Assembly (NCBI GenBank): GCA_040326155.1
Contig: JBEQLE010000003.1
Location: forward strand, 1-64,000
Direction: 5' to 3'
Source: Leptospirales bacterium
Lineage (GTDB): Bacteria > Spirochaetota > Leptospiria > Turneriellales > JAOUFE01
Length of the DNA: 64,000 bases
A model generated the notes under the pieces. It was given only the letters and a program-made list of their open reading frames with translations. It did not search any database and was not told where the DNA came from. Position numbers and translations under genes: made by a program. Positions 28,241 through 38,378 of the stretch are shown one piece after another (within the stretch, counting starts at the first letter, position 1; each line of letters opens with the position of its first letter).

Positions 28241-30109
28241 ATGGATAATCTTACACAGATGTTTAAAGAATCATCAGAAAAATTTGCAGACCGACCGGCG
28301 TTTGCATCCAGAGACAAGGACAAAAAGTACAACACAATTACCTATTCCGAACTTTTTCAGACGGCTGAACAACTTTCAATGGGTTTAATAAACGAAGGGG
28401 TAAAGGCTAAAGAGCATGTCGGTATTTTTGCCGATAACAGACTCGAATGGATACTGGCAGATATGGCGGTTATCCTGGCTGGCGCAGCCGACGTTCCACG
28501 AGGTACCGATGTAAATGAACATGATATTACATATATCGTCCCTCATTCTGATATGAAGGTATTGTTCGTACAAAACACTGCCATATATGAACGAGTAAAA
28601 AAGATTAAGCGAAAGTTGCCGAATCTAAAGAAAATAATCATTATGGATAGCAGCGAAAAGACTCCGAAAGGGGCTTTATCGATGTCTGGTTTAATCGAAA
28701 AAGGTAAAACTTTAATTGAAAAAAACCGAAAAGAGCTAGATAACCGATTTAAAAAAATTAAGCCTTCCGACTTGTGTACGCTTATTTACACTTCAGGAAC
28801 GACAGGTACGCCGAAAGGGGTAATGTTGACGCACGAGAATCTCGTCGCTCAATTGAAAAATGTTCCCATACATTTGTTCCCCGAAGATCGTTTAGTTTCT
28901 ATTTTACCGATCTGGCATATTTTTGAGCGGACAATCGAGATGATATCGTTGAATTCAGGGTCTTGTACATATTACTCTACGATTCGCGATTTAAAAGAAA
29001 ATTTTCAACTTGTAAAACCAACCATGATGGCTTCGGCGCCTCGCGTTTGGGAAAGTCTTTACAACGGTGTTCATACTATGATTGCAAAATCGCCCGGAAT
29101 AAAACAAAAGTTATTCGGCGCTGCTTATTTTCTTTCAAATCATTACAACAGGGCGCTTCGATTTTTATCCGGAAAAGAGTTGCGTATTTCCGGCGGCAAT
29201 TTATTGATCAGAGTTGGTCGTGTAATTCCTGAGGCTCTGGTATTAACTCTTTTGTTTCTACCGGAAAAATTGCTAGATACTATCGTATTGAAAAAAATAC
29301 GTAAAGCTACTGGTGGAGCGTTTCGTGGAACCATTTCAGGTGGCGGCGCTTTACCGATGCATGTCGATAAATTTTTCAATAATATTGGCATACCCGTGTT
29401 GGAAGGGTATGGACTGACGGAAACAAGCCCCGTTTTAGCCGTCCGTACTTTTGATAATCTTGTCGTTGGAACCATAGGTCCGCCGGTTCCCGAAACCGAG
29501 ATAAAATTTCTTGATTTGGAAACAAAAGAGCAGATTTATCCTGGGAAGAAAGGGGTAAAAGGCGAACTCTGGGTTAAAGGGCCACAGGTTATGAAAGGGT
29601 ATTATAAAAATCCGAAAATGACAAAGTCAGTACTGACAGCTGATGGGTGGTTTAACACCGGTGATCTTGGTATGGTTACTCATAATGACTGTATAAAACT
29701 TTACGGTAGAACGAAAGATACCATTGTGCTTATGAGCGGTGAAAATGTAGAGCCGGTTCCTATTGAGAACATGTTGAACCAGTCGCATTATATTGACAAC
29801 TGCATGCTGGTAGGGCAAGATGAGAAAAACCTGGGTGTTTTAATCGTTCCGAGCGCTATAGAGCTTGAAAAATATGGAAAGACGTTAAAGCAAATTGCTA
29901 AAAATGAGCAGGTACAGGAATTGGTCAAATCCGAAATCAAAAGATTGATTAATGCTGATAACGGTTTTAAGCCTTATGAAAGAGTTGTGTCGTTTAAAAT
30001 TCTTGAGAAACCATTTCAAATGGGAGAGGAACTTACGGCAAAACTTTCCATTAAAAGGCATGTCGTTACCAAACAGTACCAGGCGGACATTGCAAAGTTC
30101 TATAAATAA
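28241..30109 (+). CDS. Long-chain fatty acid--CoA ligase
   Basis: YTSGTTGTPKG, EGYGLTETSP, TGDLG, GRTKD; GGAG SD. Confidence 0.93.
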   Translation: MDNLTQMFKESSEKFADRPAFASRDKDKKYNTITYSELFQTAEQLSMGLINEGVKAKEHVGIFADNRLEWILADMAVILAGAADVPRGTDVNEHDITYIVPHSDMKVLFVQNTAIYERVKKIKRKLPNLKKIIIMDSSEKTPKGALSMSGLIEKGKTLIEKNRKELDNRFKKIKPSDLCTLIYTSGTTGTPKGVMLTHENLVAQLKNVPIHLFPEDRLVSILPIWHIFERTIEMISLNSGSCTYYSTIRDLKENFQLVKPTMMASAPRVWESLYNGVHTMIAKSPGIKQKLFGAAYFLSNHYNRALRFLSGKELRISGGNLLIRVGRVIPEALVLTLLFLPEKLLDTIVLKKIRKATGGAFRGTISGGGALPMHVDKFFNNIGIPVLEGYGLTETSPVLAVRTFDNLVVGTIGPPVPETEIKFLDLETKEQIYPGKKGVKGELWVKGPQVMKGYYKNPKMTKSVLTADGWFNTGDLGMVTHNDCIKLYGRTKDTIVLMSGENVEPVPIENMLNQSHYIDNCMLVGQDEKNLGVLIVPSAIELEKYGKTLKQIAKNEQVQELVKSEIKRLINADNGFKPYERVVSFKILEKPFQMGEELTAKLSIKRHVVTKQYQADIAKFYK

Positions 30110-30138
30110 AGATGTAAAAGTTCACCGTTTTTTAATTT

Positions 30139-31308
30139 ATGTATGCCGATGTATTACAATATTTTTTGATTTTGCTATTGATAACTCCGTGGTTTTTGTA
30201 CCCGGCTATTGTGTCGTTACTTGCCATTGTAAAATTAACGATTAAACCGGTGGGGAAGAATGCAAAACTTCCCCCTGGCGACTTACGCATATCAATAATT
30301 ATTGCCGCATATAATGAAGAGAAAAACATTCAATCGCGTATAAAAAATATATGGGACTGTAATTACGATAAAAATTTAATTGAAATTATTGTGGGCTCTG
30401 ACGGTTCTAATGATAATACAGTCGCTATTACAAAAAAACTGGCCAGAAAACAAAAACTCATAAAGCTTGTTGAATCAAAAAAACAGATAGGTAAAGCCTA
30501 TATACACAATGAAACTGTTAAACATGCTACTGGTGACATATTACTTTTTACCGATGCCGATACCGAGTTTGATTTGAATTTTCTTCAAAGTATCGCCAAT
30601 CGTTTTAACAGTAATAAGAAGATTGGTTATGTCAGCGGACGTTTAATATTTCATAATCGCAATACCAGCCATGTTACCCAGAATTCTGATATATTCTGGC
30701 GTTTTGAACAATGGTTGCGTCATGCAGAAACCGTGTTGGGCATTTACATGGCCGGTACAGGCGCCTGTTCTGCTGTTAGGGCTTCTTTGTTTGTACCGCT
30801 ATCGATCACCGGCGATACGGACTCCATTACACCAATGGATGTTGTAGCACAAGGTTATAAATGTTTTCACGAACCGAGTGCAATTGCTTATGACGAATAT
30901 CCAGAGACTGAAAAAAAAGAGTTTAATGCCAGGGTTCGCATTTCTTCAAAAAATATACTTGCACGGTTTCAACGGTGGAACCTATGGGCGATGCTAAAAA
31001 AGCCGATTTATGCAATAACTTTAATTGCACATAAATACCTGCGCTGGTTTTTCCCCCTTATTTTTTTAATACTCACTTTCTTTGCTATCATTGTACAAAC
31101 GAAACTTATAATTTCTTATCTGGTGATTGGTGGCGGGTTTTTATTCTTTTTTCTGGCGGCATTGCACCTTCTTGCCAAGAAAAAAATATCGAAATTGTCG
31201 CTATTTTATAATTTCGTTCTTGTAAACATTGCTTTTTTAGTTGGCACTTATCGCGTGATCACCGGTAATGTATCAGGTGTTTTTACTCCTACAAATAAGA
31301 TTGACTGA
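30139..31308 (+). CDS. Glycosyltransferase family 2
   Basis: ISIIIAAYNEE, SDGSNDNT, FTDAD; C-terminal TMs. Confidence 0.92.
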   Translation: MYADVLQYFLILLLITPWFLYPAIVSLLAIVKLTIKPVGKNAKLPPGDLRISIIIAAYNEEKNIQSRIKNIWDCNYDKNLIEIIVGSDGSNDNTVAITKKLARKQKLIKLVESKKQIGKAYIHNETVKHATGDILLFTDADTEFDLNFLQSIANRFNSNKKIGYVSGRLIFHNRNTSHVTQNSDIFWRFEQWLRHAETVLGIYMAGTGACSAVRASLFVPLSITGDTDSITPMDVVAQGYKCFHEPSAIAYDEYPETEKKEFNARVRISSKNILARFQRWNLWAMLKKPIYAITLIAHKYLRWFFPLIFLILTFFAIIVQTKLIISYLVIGGGFLFFFLAALHLLAKKKISKLSLFYNFVLVNIAFLVGTYRVITGNVSGVFTPTNKID

Positions 31309-31333
31309 TAAATAAGATTTGCTTTGGTGAACT

Positions 31334-32473
31334 ATGTGGAAAATCCCTTTATATAAATCAGATTTTGGCGACAGAGAAAAAGATGCTTTAATCGATGTTC
31401 TCAATGCTTCCTGGTATACAATGGGTCCAAAAACCGCTGGTTTTGAAAAAGAGTTTGAAACTTATTTACAAAACGGTCTTGAAAACAATGTCTATTGCAC
31501 GGCAGTCTCGAGCGGTACAGCCGCGCTACATATCGCACTAATGCTATTGGACTTAAACAGTACCGACGAGGTTATTATTCCCAGTCTTACGTTTGTTGCA
31601 AATTTGAATGTTGTTCAACTGTGTGGAGCAAAAGCCGTAGTCGCCGATTCAGCTTCACTGGACGACTGGAACATGTCGCCCGAAAAAGTGGAATCGTTAA
31701 TAACAGAAAACACAAAAGCCATTGTAGCAGTTCACTACGCCGGCTATCCCGTATCGTTGCAAATAAAAGATATTGCAACAAAACATGGTTTAGCGCTTAT
31801 AGAAGATACTGCCCATGCAATTGGCGCTTCGGTAAACTCCCAAAAGTGCGGCACATTTGGCAACATGGCTGCCTTTAGTTTTTTTGCCAATAAAAACCTG
31901 GCTGTTGGCGAAGGTGGAATGTTTGTCACTTCAGACGAAAGTATGTACGAGCGTTCAAAATTACTACGCTCCCACGGAATGAGTACATCGTCTCGCGAAC
32001 GCCATTATGGGGCAAACCCTTCATACGATATTTTACAACCCGGATTAAACTACAGAATCGATGAGTTTCGTTCCGCCCTCGGTCTAGTCCAACTCGAAAA
32101 ACTTGACGCGAATAACGAATCCAGAAGAAAAATAACAGAATATTATATCAGCAGATTGAAAAACAGTCCGCTTACCATTCCTTTTGTCAAGATTGCGAGT
32201 AGTGTAAAACCCTCCTACCATATTTTCCCGATTTTATTGCCGCAAAAAGTTGACCGAGCCGTTTTCATGGACGCCCTGAAAGCGGAAGGAATTCAGGCAA
32301 GTATTCACTACCCTTCTTACAGACAATTTTCTTATTATAAAGACATTATTGATCAGAAAACTCCCATTTCAGACGAAATTTCAAATCGTGTTGTTACATT
32401 GCCGCTCTACCCGACCATGACCGAAGACGAAGCCGAACAGGTTGTAAAAGCGGTTCTTTCAAATATCACATAA
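31334..32473 (+). CDS. DegT/DnrJ/EryC1/StrS aminotransferase (nucleotide-sugar)
   Basis: SSGTAALH, PSLTFVA, EDTAHA, FSFFANKN...GEGG, LPLYP. Confidence 0.93.
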   Translation: MWKIPLYKSDFGDREKDALIDVLNASWYTMGPKTAGFEKEFETYLQNGLENNVYCTAVSSGTAALHIALMLLDLNSTDEVIIPSLTFVANLNVVQLCGAKAVVADSASLDDWNMSPEKVESLITENTKAIVAVHYAGYPVSLQIKDIATKHGLALIEDTAHAIGASVNSQKCGTFGNMAAFSFFANKNLAVGEGGMFVTSDESMYERSKLLRSHGMSTSSRERHYGANPSYDILQPGLNYRIDEFRSALGLVQLEKLDANNESRRKITEYYISRLKNSPLTIPFVKIASSVKPSYHIFPILLPQKVDRAVFMDALKAEGIQASIHYPSYRQFSYYKDIIDQKTPISDEISNRVVTLPLYPTMTEDEAEQVVKAVLSNIT

Positions 32474-32477
32474 CAAC

Positions 32478-32501
32478 AAAAAAGGGGAAGTCTCCCCTTC
32501 C
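32478..32501 (-). terminator. Intrinsic terminator (possibly bidirectional)
   Basis: Minus strand AAGGGGA-GACT-TCCCCTT hairpin followed by a U-rich tail. Confidence 0.7.
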
Positions 32502-32545
32502 ACTTCGGCTGCCCTGCGGGCGAGCCTACGCTTAACCCCTCAATA

Positions 32546-32596
32546 TTAAACCTTCAAGGTAACTTCGTCAATTGATGACGATACATCTTCGTCCAT
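32546..32596 (-). other. 16-codon small ORF (MDEDVSSSIDEVTLKV) inside a structured intergenic unit
   Basis: AAGGAG SD 6 nt upstream of the ATG; followed by hairpins and a terminator. Confidence 0.35.
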
Positions 32597-32618
32597 AGTA
32601 TGCTCCTTGTTTTCCATT

Positions 32619-32638
32619 TTTTCGGACCGGTCCGAAAA
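32619..32638. repeat. Perfect 20-bp palindrome
   Basis: TTTTCGGACCGGTCCGAAAA equals its own reverse complement. Confidence 0.9.
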
Positions 32639-32757
32639 CTCACCTTCACCTCTCGCCAGAGCGGTAAAGGCGAAACTATGCGCCGACCTGGCTCATACTA
32701 TAGTAATAGGCAAAAAGAGCAAAATATTTCACTTTTTGGAAAAAAAGATTGCGCGAA

Positions 32758-33135
32758 CTAAGGTTTTCGAAAATATTTTATTTTGCCCTTTAGATTTTTA
32801 AAGTCAACATCCTGGGTCCATAAAGTTGCGTTATACAGTAATGTTGTTGCATATATAATACTGTCAGCCATGGGAACATTATATTTGCAACTAAGCTTGG
32901 CTGCGCTGATCGCATTTTCCTGATCTAAATCAACGACTTTACCTTGTTGCATGTGGGCAATCGCAGTTAAGGCAATGTCTTCATTGGTTTCGCTAAGTAA
33001 TTTTTTAAAAACTTCATAAAGTGTTATGGAAGGCACTATCAATTTCTTTGTATTTTCTATAGGTTTGGAAAATAGATTAGCTCTATTAGAGTCAGAAAAG
33101 TATTCTATCCAGCCGGATGAATCGACTATGTTCAA
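32758..33135 (-). CDS. vapC: VapC-family PIN-domain toxin
   Basis: MNIVDSSGWIEY, LYEV, MADSIIYAT, WTQD.DF. Confidence 0.9.
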   Translation of the reverse strand: MNIVDSSGWIEYFSDSNRANLFSKPIENTKKLIVPSITLYEVFKKLLSETNEDIALTAIAHMQQGKVVDLDQENAISAAKLSCKYNVPMADSIIYATTLLYNATLWTQDVDFKNLKGKIKYFRKP

Positions 33136-33338
33136 ATTCGATCTTCTTCGCGATCTATGTTAGAGTCAATTCCTTTTGCCAACCCGCGCAACGACTTGAT
33201 GTTTTTCAAGGGTATGACTTCGATTCTACCGTCATAGGAAATAACTTCGACCTTTTGACCGGGAGTAATATTTGATTTTTCGCGAACCAATTTCGGTATT
33301 ACAATTTGATATTTTGAAGAGATAGTTACTGTACTCAT
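33132..33338 (-). CDS. AbrB/MazE/SpoVT-family antitoxin (VapB-type)
   Basis: VTISSKYQIVIPK.VRE...PGQKV; overlaps vapC. Confidence 0.9.
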   Translation of the reverse strand: MSTVTISSKYQIVIPKLVREKSNITPGQKVEVISYDGRIEVIPLKNIKSLRGLAKGIDSNIDREEDRI

Positions 33339-33344
33339 AATAGC

Positions 33345-33373
33345 AATATATTAAATCTGCCACAAAATTGCAA
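33345..33373 (-). promoter_or_regulatory. Sigma70-type promoter of the antitoxin-vapC operon (leaderless geometry)
   Basis: Minus strand TTGCAA-17nt-TATATT-6nt-ATG(33338). Confidence 0.55.
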
Positions 33374-33467
33374 CTATTTTTTGATCGATCTAATAATCGT
33401 TGAACGAGCATGGCATCGGTATTGTCGTCTACAGAGGTTTGAGGATTACCGTTTCCGATGTTCCAGC

Positions 33468-35018
33468 TTACATGGCGTCGGGTATGAATGCAAATATTGA
33501 TTTATATTTCTTTTCGATGTCTGCAACTTCATCATCATCCAATTGGGAAAATTCATTTATTCTGGTCCTTTGCGAGAAAAGTCCGTTATTTTGTTCCAGA
33601 AAACGAAGTAAAAGTGCGACATTTTTATCGGGCATCTCAAAATGGTCATCGAGGTAAGATTTCATTTCATCGTATTTTTGAAGGTAAGATACTTCTTCGG
33701 GTATAATATTGCGAAGGGTGTCTTCAACACAATCATATAAAAACTCGGCTTGCCTGGTGGCGTCAAAGAAACTGTATAAATCCATTGTCTCATTCAGGAC
33801 TTCAATGTTGTTCTCAGGGGTGATGGTCCATTTTATAAAGTCCAGCAATGGTTCTGAATAGGACTCCAGGGTTTGGCGGTAATCATCGATATGGTTTAAA
33901 ATTGACGCAGACACTGGAAAAATAATACCTTGCTCTGCAAGTTGTTTTTTGGAAAGAACATGGTGAATAAGATAACGGTGTAACCTGCCATTGCCGTCTT
34001 CGAGGGGGTGAATAAATACAAAGCCAAAAGAGATCACGGCTGCGGCGAGCACGGCATCAAACCCAGGGTCTTCCAAAAGCTTACTTGTTTCCATCAATCC
34101 GTCGATGAGTTTTTCCAGATCTTTCCACCTCGCGCAAATATGATCGGGAATCGGTTCGCCGGTGGTCCTGTCGTGCTCCCCCACAAAACCGCCTTGTTCG
34201 CGAAAACCCATATTCATAAAGCGGTCGCTTGCAATAATTATCTGTTGCAATCGGAGAATTTCATTTTTCGATAAAGGCTTTAAACCGGCCTGACCGATGG
34301 CCCTGCCCCATCGCGATGCCCGGGCGCCGCCAGGCTCTTCACCCTCTATGGCAAAAGAGGCTTTTGAATCTTTCAGCAGCAAAAAAGCGGAAGCGCGCCG
34401 TAACACGTCTTTGTGAATACTGCTCAGGTAGGTCTGTTTTTGATCGGAAAGGTTAGAGCTGGTCATGGCTTTGAGTTTGGCACTCTTATAAATGAGCGGG
34501 CAGAAGGTTCGGGTTCCCGGCAGATTATTGAGAATGCGGTGGCGCGGCGAGCGGACGCCCTCGATGGTAAACTGGATGTCGTCATCAAGCAAGGGAACAT
34601 AGTTTCCCGCGCTGAGATTCGGCAAGTCAAGTTGATCTTGCGTTAACCACTCATATAAAAACCATATTTTTCGGCTATACTGCCCCGAAGGTTCGATTCG
34701 TATAAGATCGAGCACTTCATCTTTGGTCAGTTTGGCAAACAGTCGATTCAAAACCAATAAATTTATCCCTTCGTATTTGATGGCAAAAATCAGTTGCTTA
34801 TACAAATTATCTTCAGGTTGGTGCCTCGGGGTAAAAACCAGCCACCCCTCTTCTTCATATTGCCTTTTTTTTGAGCTGATCAAACAAAGAGTATGAGGAA
34901 GCGGCAGGGGCAAATCGAGGGCGTCAATGATGGACCCATAACCCGCAATCAAACCCGTCTCGGGCACCTCTCTTCCGTGAAAAACAGTTATTTTACGTGA
35001 AAAACGATTATATTTCAT
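33468..35018 (-). CDS. Fic family protein
   Basis: HPLEDGNGRLHR motif; SKASFAIEGE inhibitory-helix-like motif; likely ATG 35018; visibly GC-richer than its neighbours. Confidence 0.92.
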   Translation of the reverse strand: MKYNRFSRKITVFHGREVPETGLIAGYGSIIDALDLPLPLPHTLCLISSKKRQYEEEGWLVFTPRHQPEDNLYKQLIFAIKYEGINLLVLNRLFAKLTKDEVLDLIRIEPSGQYSRKIWFLYEWLTQDQLDLPNLSAGNYVPLLDDDIQFTIEGVRSPRHRILNNLPGTRTFCPLIYKSAKLKAMTSSNLSDQKQTYLSSIHKDVLRRASAFLLLKDSKASFAIEGEEPGGARASRWGRAIGQAGLKPLSKNEILRLQQIIIASDRFMNMGFREQGGFVGEHDRTTGEPIPDHICARWKDLEKLIDGLMETSKLLEDPGFDAVLAAAVISFGFVFIHPLEDGNGRLHRYLIHHVLSKKQLAEQGIIFPVSASILNHIDDYRQTLESYSEPLLDFIKWTITPENNIEVLNETMDLYSFFDATRQAEFLYDCVEDTLRNIIPEEVSYLQKYDEMKSYLDDHFEMPDKNVALLLRFLEQNNGLFSQRTRINEFSQLDDDEVADIEKKYKSIFAFIPDAM

Positions 35019-35035
35019 AGTAAACCGTGAAAAAC
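34976..35035. repeat. Three direct repeats CGTGAAAAAC spanning the fic start codon
   Basis: Exact copies at 34976, 34996 and 35026. Confidence 0.8.
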
Positions 35036-35117
35036 AGGTATAATTTGGGGTAAGTAGATGACATAGCAATCCTTTTTTGGGGACTTTTTTGTGCTCCGAA
35101 AGGGCTATTTCCGGCTG

Positions 35118-36515
35118 TCATCTACCCTGAAGGTGCAAAATAACTTTTATAGTTCGAATTAATATAGTAAGGTCGAGCAGCAGACTGTAATTTTTTATAT
35201 AGTATATATCGTATTCAAGTTTTTCTCGGGCGTCTTCAATGGAGGCTCCATAAGGATACATTACCTGGGCCCATCCGGTTATACCGGGCTTTAATGAGTT
35301 TCGTAAATTATAATACGGAATTTTAGCTTTCAGCTTTTTATCAAATTCCGGTCTTTCGGGCCGGGGGCCGATAAAGCTCATTTCTCCTTTCAATATATTT
35401 AGAAGTTGTGGCAGTTCATCAAAACGTAGCTTACGAATAATTTTACCAACTCTGGTTACCCGTTCGTCGTTTTTACTCGCCCACTGCGCCCCTTTTTTTT
35501 CTGCATCGGTACGCATGGAACGAAATTTATATAAAGTGAATGGCTTACCATTTACCCCGGTTCTAGTTTGCTTGAAAATAACAGGTCCTTTTGAATCGAG
35601 TAATACAAAAAGGCTCGTTAATAACAACAAAGGAGAGGAGATTATGAGTCCAGATATAGCTACGACAATGTCGATGAGGTTTTTAACCCGTATACCGATG
35701 GGATTATGAATAAGATCAAAACCATGGGAAAACACAAACCATTTTTTATTTATATTCAGAACGGGAACTTTTTGCCATGTCATCTCGTAGAAATCGGTCA
35801 GGTCATAGACGCGAACACCCGATAAGCGAGCTTGCATTAGCTCGTTTTGCATTGCATTTGTAATGGCGTCACTATCGGAGCAGGCTAAAACAATTCCCTT
35901 TGGTTGCATTGTTTTCCAGTGGGAAAGTTTGTTCCAGCCGCCTATAATTCTTTTGGGTTTAACTCCCATTTCAATTAATTTCTTTTTATCCGACGCAAAT
36001 TGCTTCGTCAGAACTTCGTATCTGGATTGAAATTTGGACTGTTTTAGATCTACTAAAAAAGGCGAAAGGGTTTCCAGGTCTCCGAGTAACAACCAGAAGT
36101 CCTGTGAAAGTTTTATACGAACCATACGACTGGTTACCCAGCGAATAATACCAACCCAGACAACATATTGAAACATTGCGAAACTAAATATTCCGCGTCC
36201 CGTTAGACCACCCTGGTATCGTAAGGGGGTCAGAAATAAAATCGTGTTGGTTATAACAATAAGTAAAACTCCGGTTATAAAAGTACGATTTATAATAAAA
36301 TTATTAGACCGCCTTTCGTCAAAATTGTTTAAGTTTAGAATATACTCTATAGAAAAAGAGATTGAAATAATTAAAAGCAGCAACCAGGAGAACGCATAAT
36401 TCGGCGCCAACTGATTTTTATAAACATAATAACTGACGTTAAAAGAGCCTGCCAGTGCTGCAAAATCGAATAAAAAAAGAAAAAAGGTACGCCTGGCTTT
36501 TTTTTTAATAAACAT
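35118..36515 (-). CDS. Polyprenyl glycosylphosphotransferase (initiating sugar transferase, WcaJ/WbaP-like)
   Basis: N-terminal TMs; KFRSM, DELPQL.N, GPRPERP, KPGITGWAQV. Confidence 0.92.
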   Translation of the reverse strand: MFIKKKARRTFFLFLFDFAALAGSFNVSYYVYKNQLAPNYAFSWLLLLIISISFSIEYILNLNNFDERRSNNFIINRTFITGVLLIVITNTILFLTPLRYQGGLTGRGIFSFAMFQYVVWVGIIRWVTSRMVRIKLSQDFWLLLGDLETLSPFLVDLKQSKFQSRYEVLTKQFASDKKKLIEMGVKPKRIIGGWNKLSHWKTMQPKGIVLACSDSDAITNAMQNELMQARLSGVRVYDLTDFYEMTWQKVPVLNINKKWFVFSHGFDLIHNPIGIRVKNLIDIVVAISGLIISSPLLLLTSLFVLLDSKGPVIFKQTRTGVNGKPFTLYKFRSMRTDAEKKGAQWASKNDERVTRVGKIIRKLRFDELPQLLNILKGEMSFIGPRPERPEFDKKLKAKIPYYNLRNSLKPGITGWAQVMYPYGASIEDAREKLEYDIYYIKNYSLLLDLTILIRTIKVILHLQGR

Positions 36516-36925
36516 ATCAGTTATTGAAAATCCTGGTATTATACCAATCTTAAAAACGAATAGACCCGTAAAGAATTAGTTACAAAAATGTTGCATCGAA
36601 TTTGGTGCTGTAAATTGGGGGAAAATAGAAAATCGGGTCAGAGAATTTACCATTTTTCTCCGCAGATGGCTGAAAAGTCAAAATAATATTTTTAAGGGTT
36701 AAATTTGCAACTATATATTGCTTGTCGGCGCGTCATAGTTTTAGATTCTTTTAAAAGTATGATTCTTGATTTTGTATGCGTTGGGCCGGGTAGAAAAAGT
36801 TCTTTTCTAATGCGTCAAATTAGTTGATGACCAGGGAAATTTCAAACGCTTTTATTAATCATCCCGATAAACTCAGGTCGCAGACGTTTGTATTCGATAA
36901 TAAGAGTAAAAGTGAAAGGTAAAAA

Positions 36926-38299
36926 ATGATCAATATAGTTTTATGCGGGGGCAGCGGTACAAGGTTATGGCCAATTAGTCGTAAGTTGATGCCGAAACAG
37001 TTTGTTCCCCTTTTTGAAAATCGCTCTTTATACCAGCTCACCCTGGAACGAAACCGAAACATTTGTGATGCAACGATTATTGTCTCTAACGAAGATCAAT
37101 ATTTTCTGGCTTCGGACCAGAAAGATGAATTGAAAGTTCCGAATACCCAATTTCTTCTGGAGCCATTTGGTAAAAACACGGCTCCGGCTATTGCCCTGGC
37201 TTGTCTGCAACTCAAAAAAGATGATATTATACTGGTTACCCCTTCAGACCATATCGTTAAAAAAAACACAGCGTATGCGGAAGCCATAAACCGGGCCGGT
37301 GAACTTGCCCGCGAAGGCGCTCTGGTTACGTTTGGAATTAAACCGGAAACTCCCGAAACGGGGTTTGGTTATATTCACGCCGATGGCGAAAATGTTTTAT
37401 CGTTTAAAGAAAAGCCCGACCTGGATACGGCAAAAAAATATCTGGAGCAGGGAAATTACTATTGGAACAGCGGAATGTTTTGTTTTCTTGCGTCATCTTA
37501 TTTGAAAGAGCTGAAAAAACAAAATCCTGAAATGCACGATGCGTGTGAACAAGCGGTAAAATCTGGCGTGGTCACCGAAAATACCTTACGTATTACTGCG
37601 GAAGCAATGGAAAAAATTCCCGATGACAGCATCGATTATGCCGTAATGGAAAAATGTAAAAACGTAAAAGTTGTTCCTTCAGATGTTGGCTGGTCCGACG
37701 TGGGTAGTTTTGACAGTCTGTATTACGAGCTTCCCAACGATGAAGATGGTAATACGATCTGCCATAACCATATTAACATTGATTCCTCGAATAATATGAT
37801 CGTAGGCAATGAACGGTTGATTGCAACGATAGATGTACACGATCTGCATATTATTGATACCACCGACGCTCTGCTCATTGCACGAAGGGGCAGCGGTCAA
37901 AGAGTAAAAGAGATTGTCGGTAAGCTGAAAGAGTCGGGTTCCGACCTTCCCGATTTACATGTAACAGCTCATCGTCCCTGGGGTACATATACTATTCTGG
38001 AAGAGGGACCCGGCTATAAAATAAAAACAATCGTTGTAAAACCGCGAAAACGCCTGAGTTTGCAAAAGCACTTTCACAGAAATGAACATTGGGTTGTTGT
38101 CTCCGGTACCGCTTTAGTTACTGTCGGTGAAGATGAAAAAATTGTGCGACAGAATGAATCGATCTATATTTCTATGGGAACAAAACACCGCCTGGATAAC
38201 CCCGGTAAAGTCGATCTCGTATTGATTGAAGCGCAGGTTGGCGAATACCTGGGAGAGGACGATATTGTCAGACTTGAAGATGACTTTAACCGTTCTTAA
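36926..38299 (+). CDS. manC: Mannose-1-phosphate guanylyltransferase / mannose-6-phosphate isomerase
   Basis: LCGGSGTRLWP.SR, PKQF, NTAPA, SIDYAVMEK, RPWG, SLQKH.HR.EHW cupin. Confidence 0.95.
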   Translation: MINIVLCGGSGTRLWPISRKLMPKQFVPLFENRSLYQLTLERNRNICDATIIVSNEDQYFLASDQKDELKVPNTQFLLEPFGKNTAPAIALACLQLKKDDIILVTPSDHIVKKNTAYAEAINRAGELAREGALVTFGIKPETPETGFGYIHADGENVLSFKEKPDLDTAKKYLEQGNYYWNSGMFCFLASSYLKELKKQNPEMHDACEQAVKSGVVTENTLRITAEAMEKIPDDSIDYAVMEKCKNVKVVPSDVGWSDVGSFDSLYYELPNDEDGNTICHNHINIDSSNNMIVGNERLIATIDVHDLHIIDTTDALLIARRGSGQRVKEIVGKLKESGSDLPDLHVTAHRPWGTYTILEEGPGYKIKTIVVKPRKRLSLQKHFHRNEHWVVVSGTALVTVGEDEKIVRQNESIYISMGTKHRLDNPGKVDLVLIEAQVGEYLGEDDIVRLEDDFNRS

Positions 38300-38378
38300 A
38301 AACAGTGATGAAAAAACAATTTACAATAGAAAGGCAAAAGATTAGCCGTAATAATCTTAATTTTCGTATATTGTAACA

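Noticed and set aside
32640..32720. Possible c-di-GMP-I riboswitch (GGCGAAAC / GGCAAA-like words)
   Set aside because: The paired GNRA tetraloop-receptor and second-stem pattern could not be built, and no gene lies downstream in that orientation
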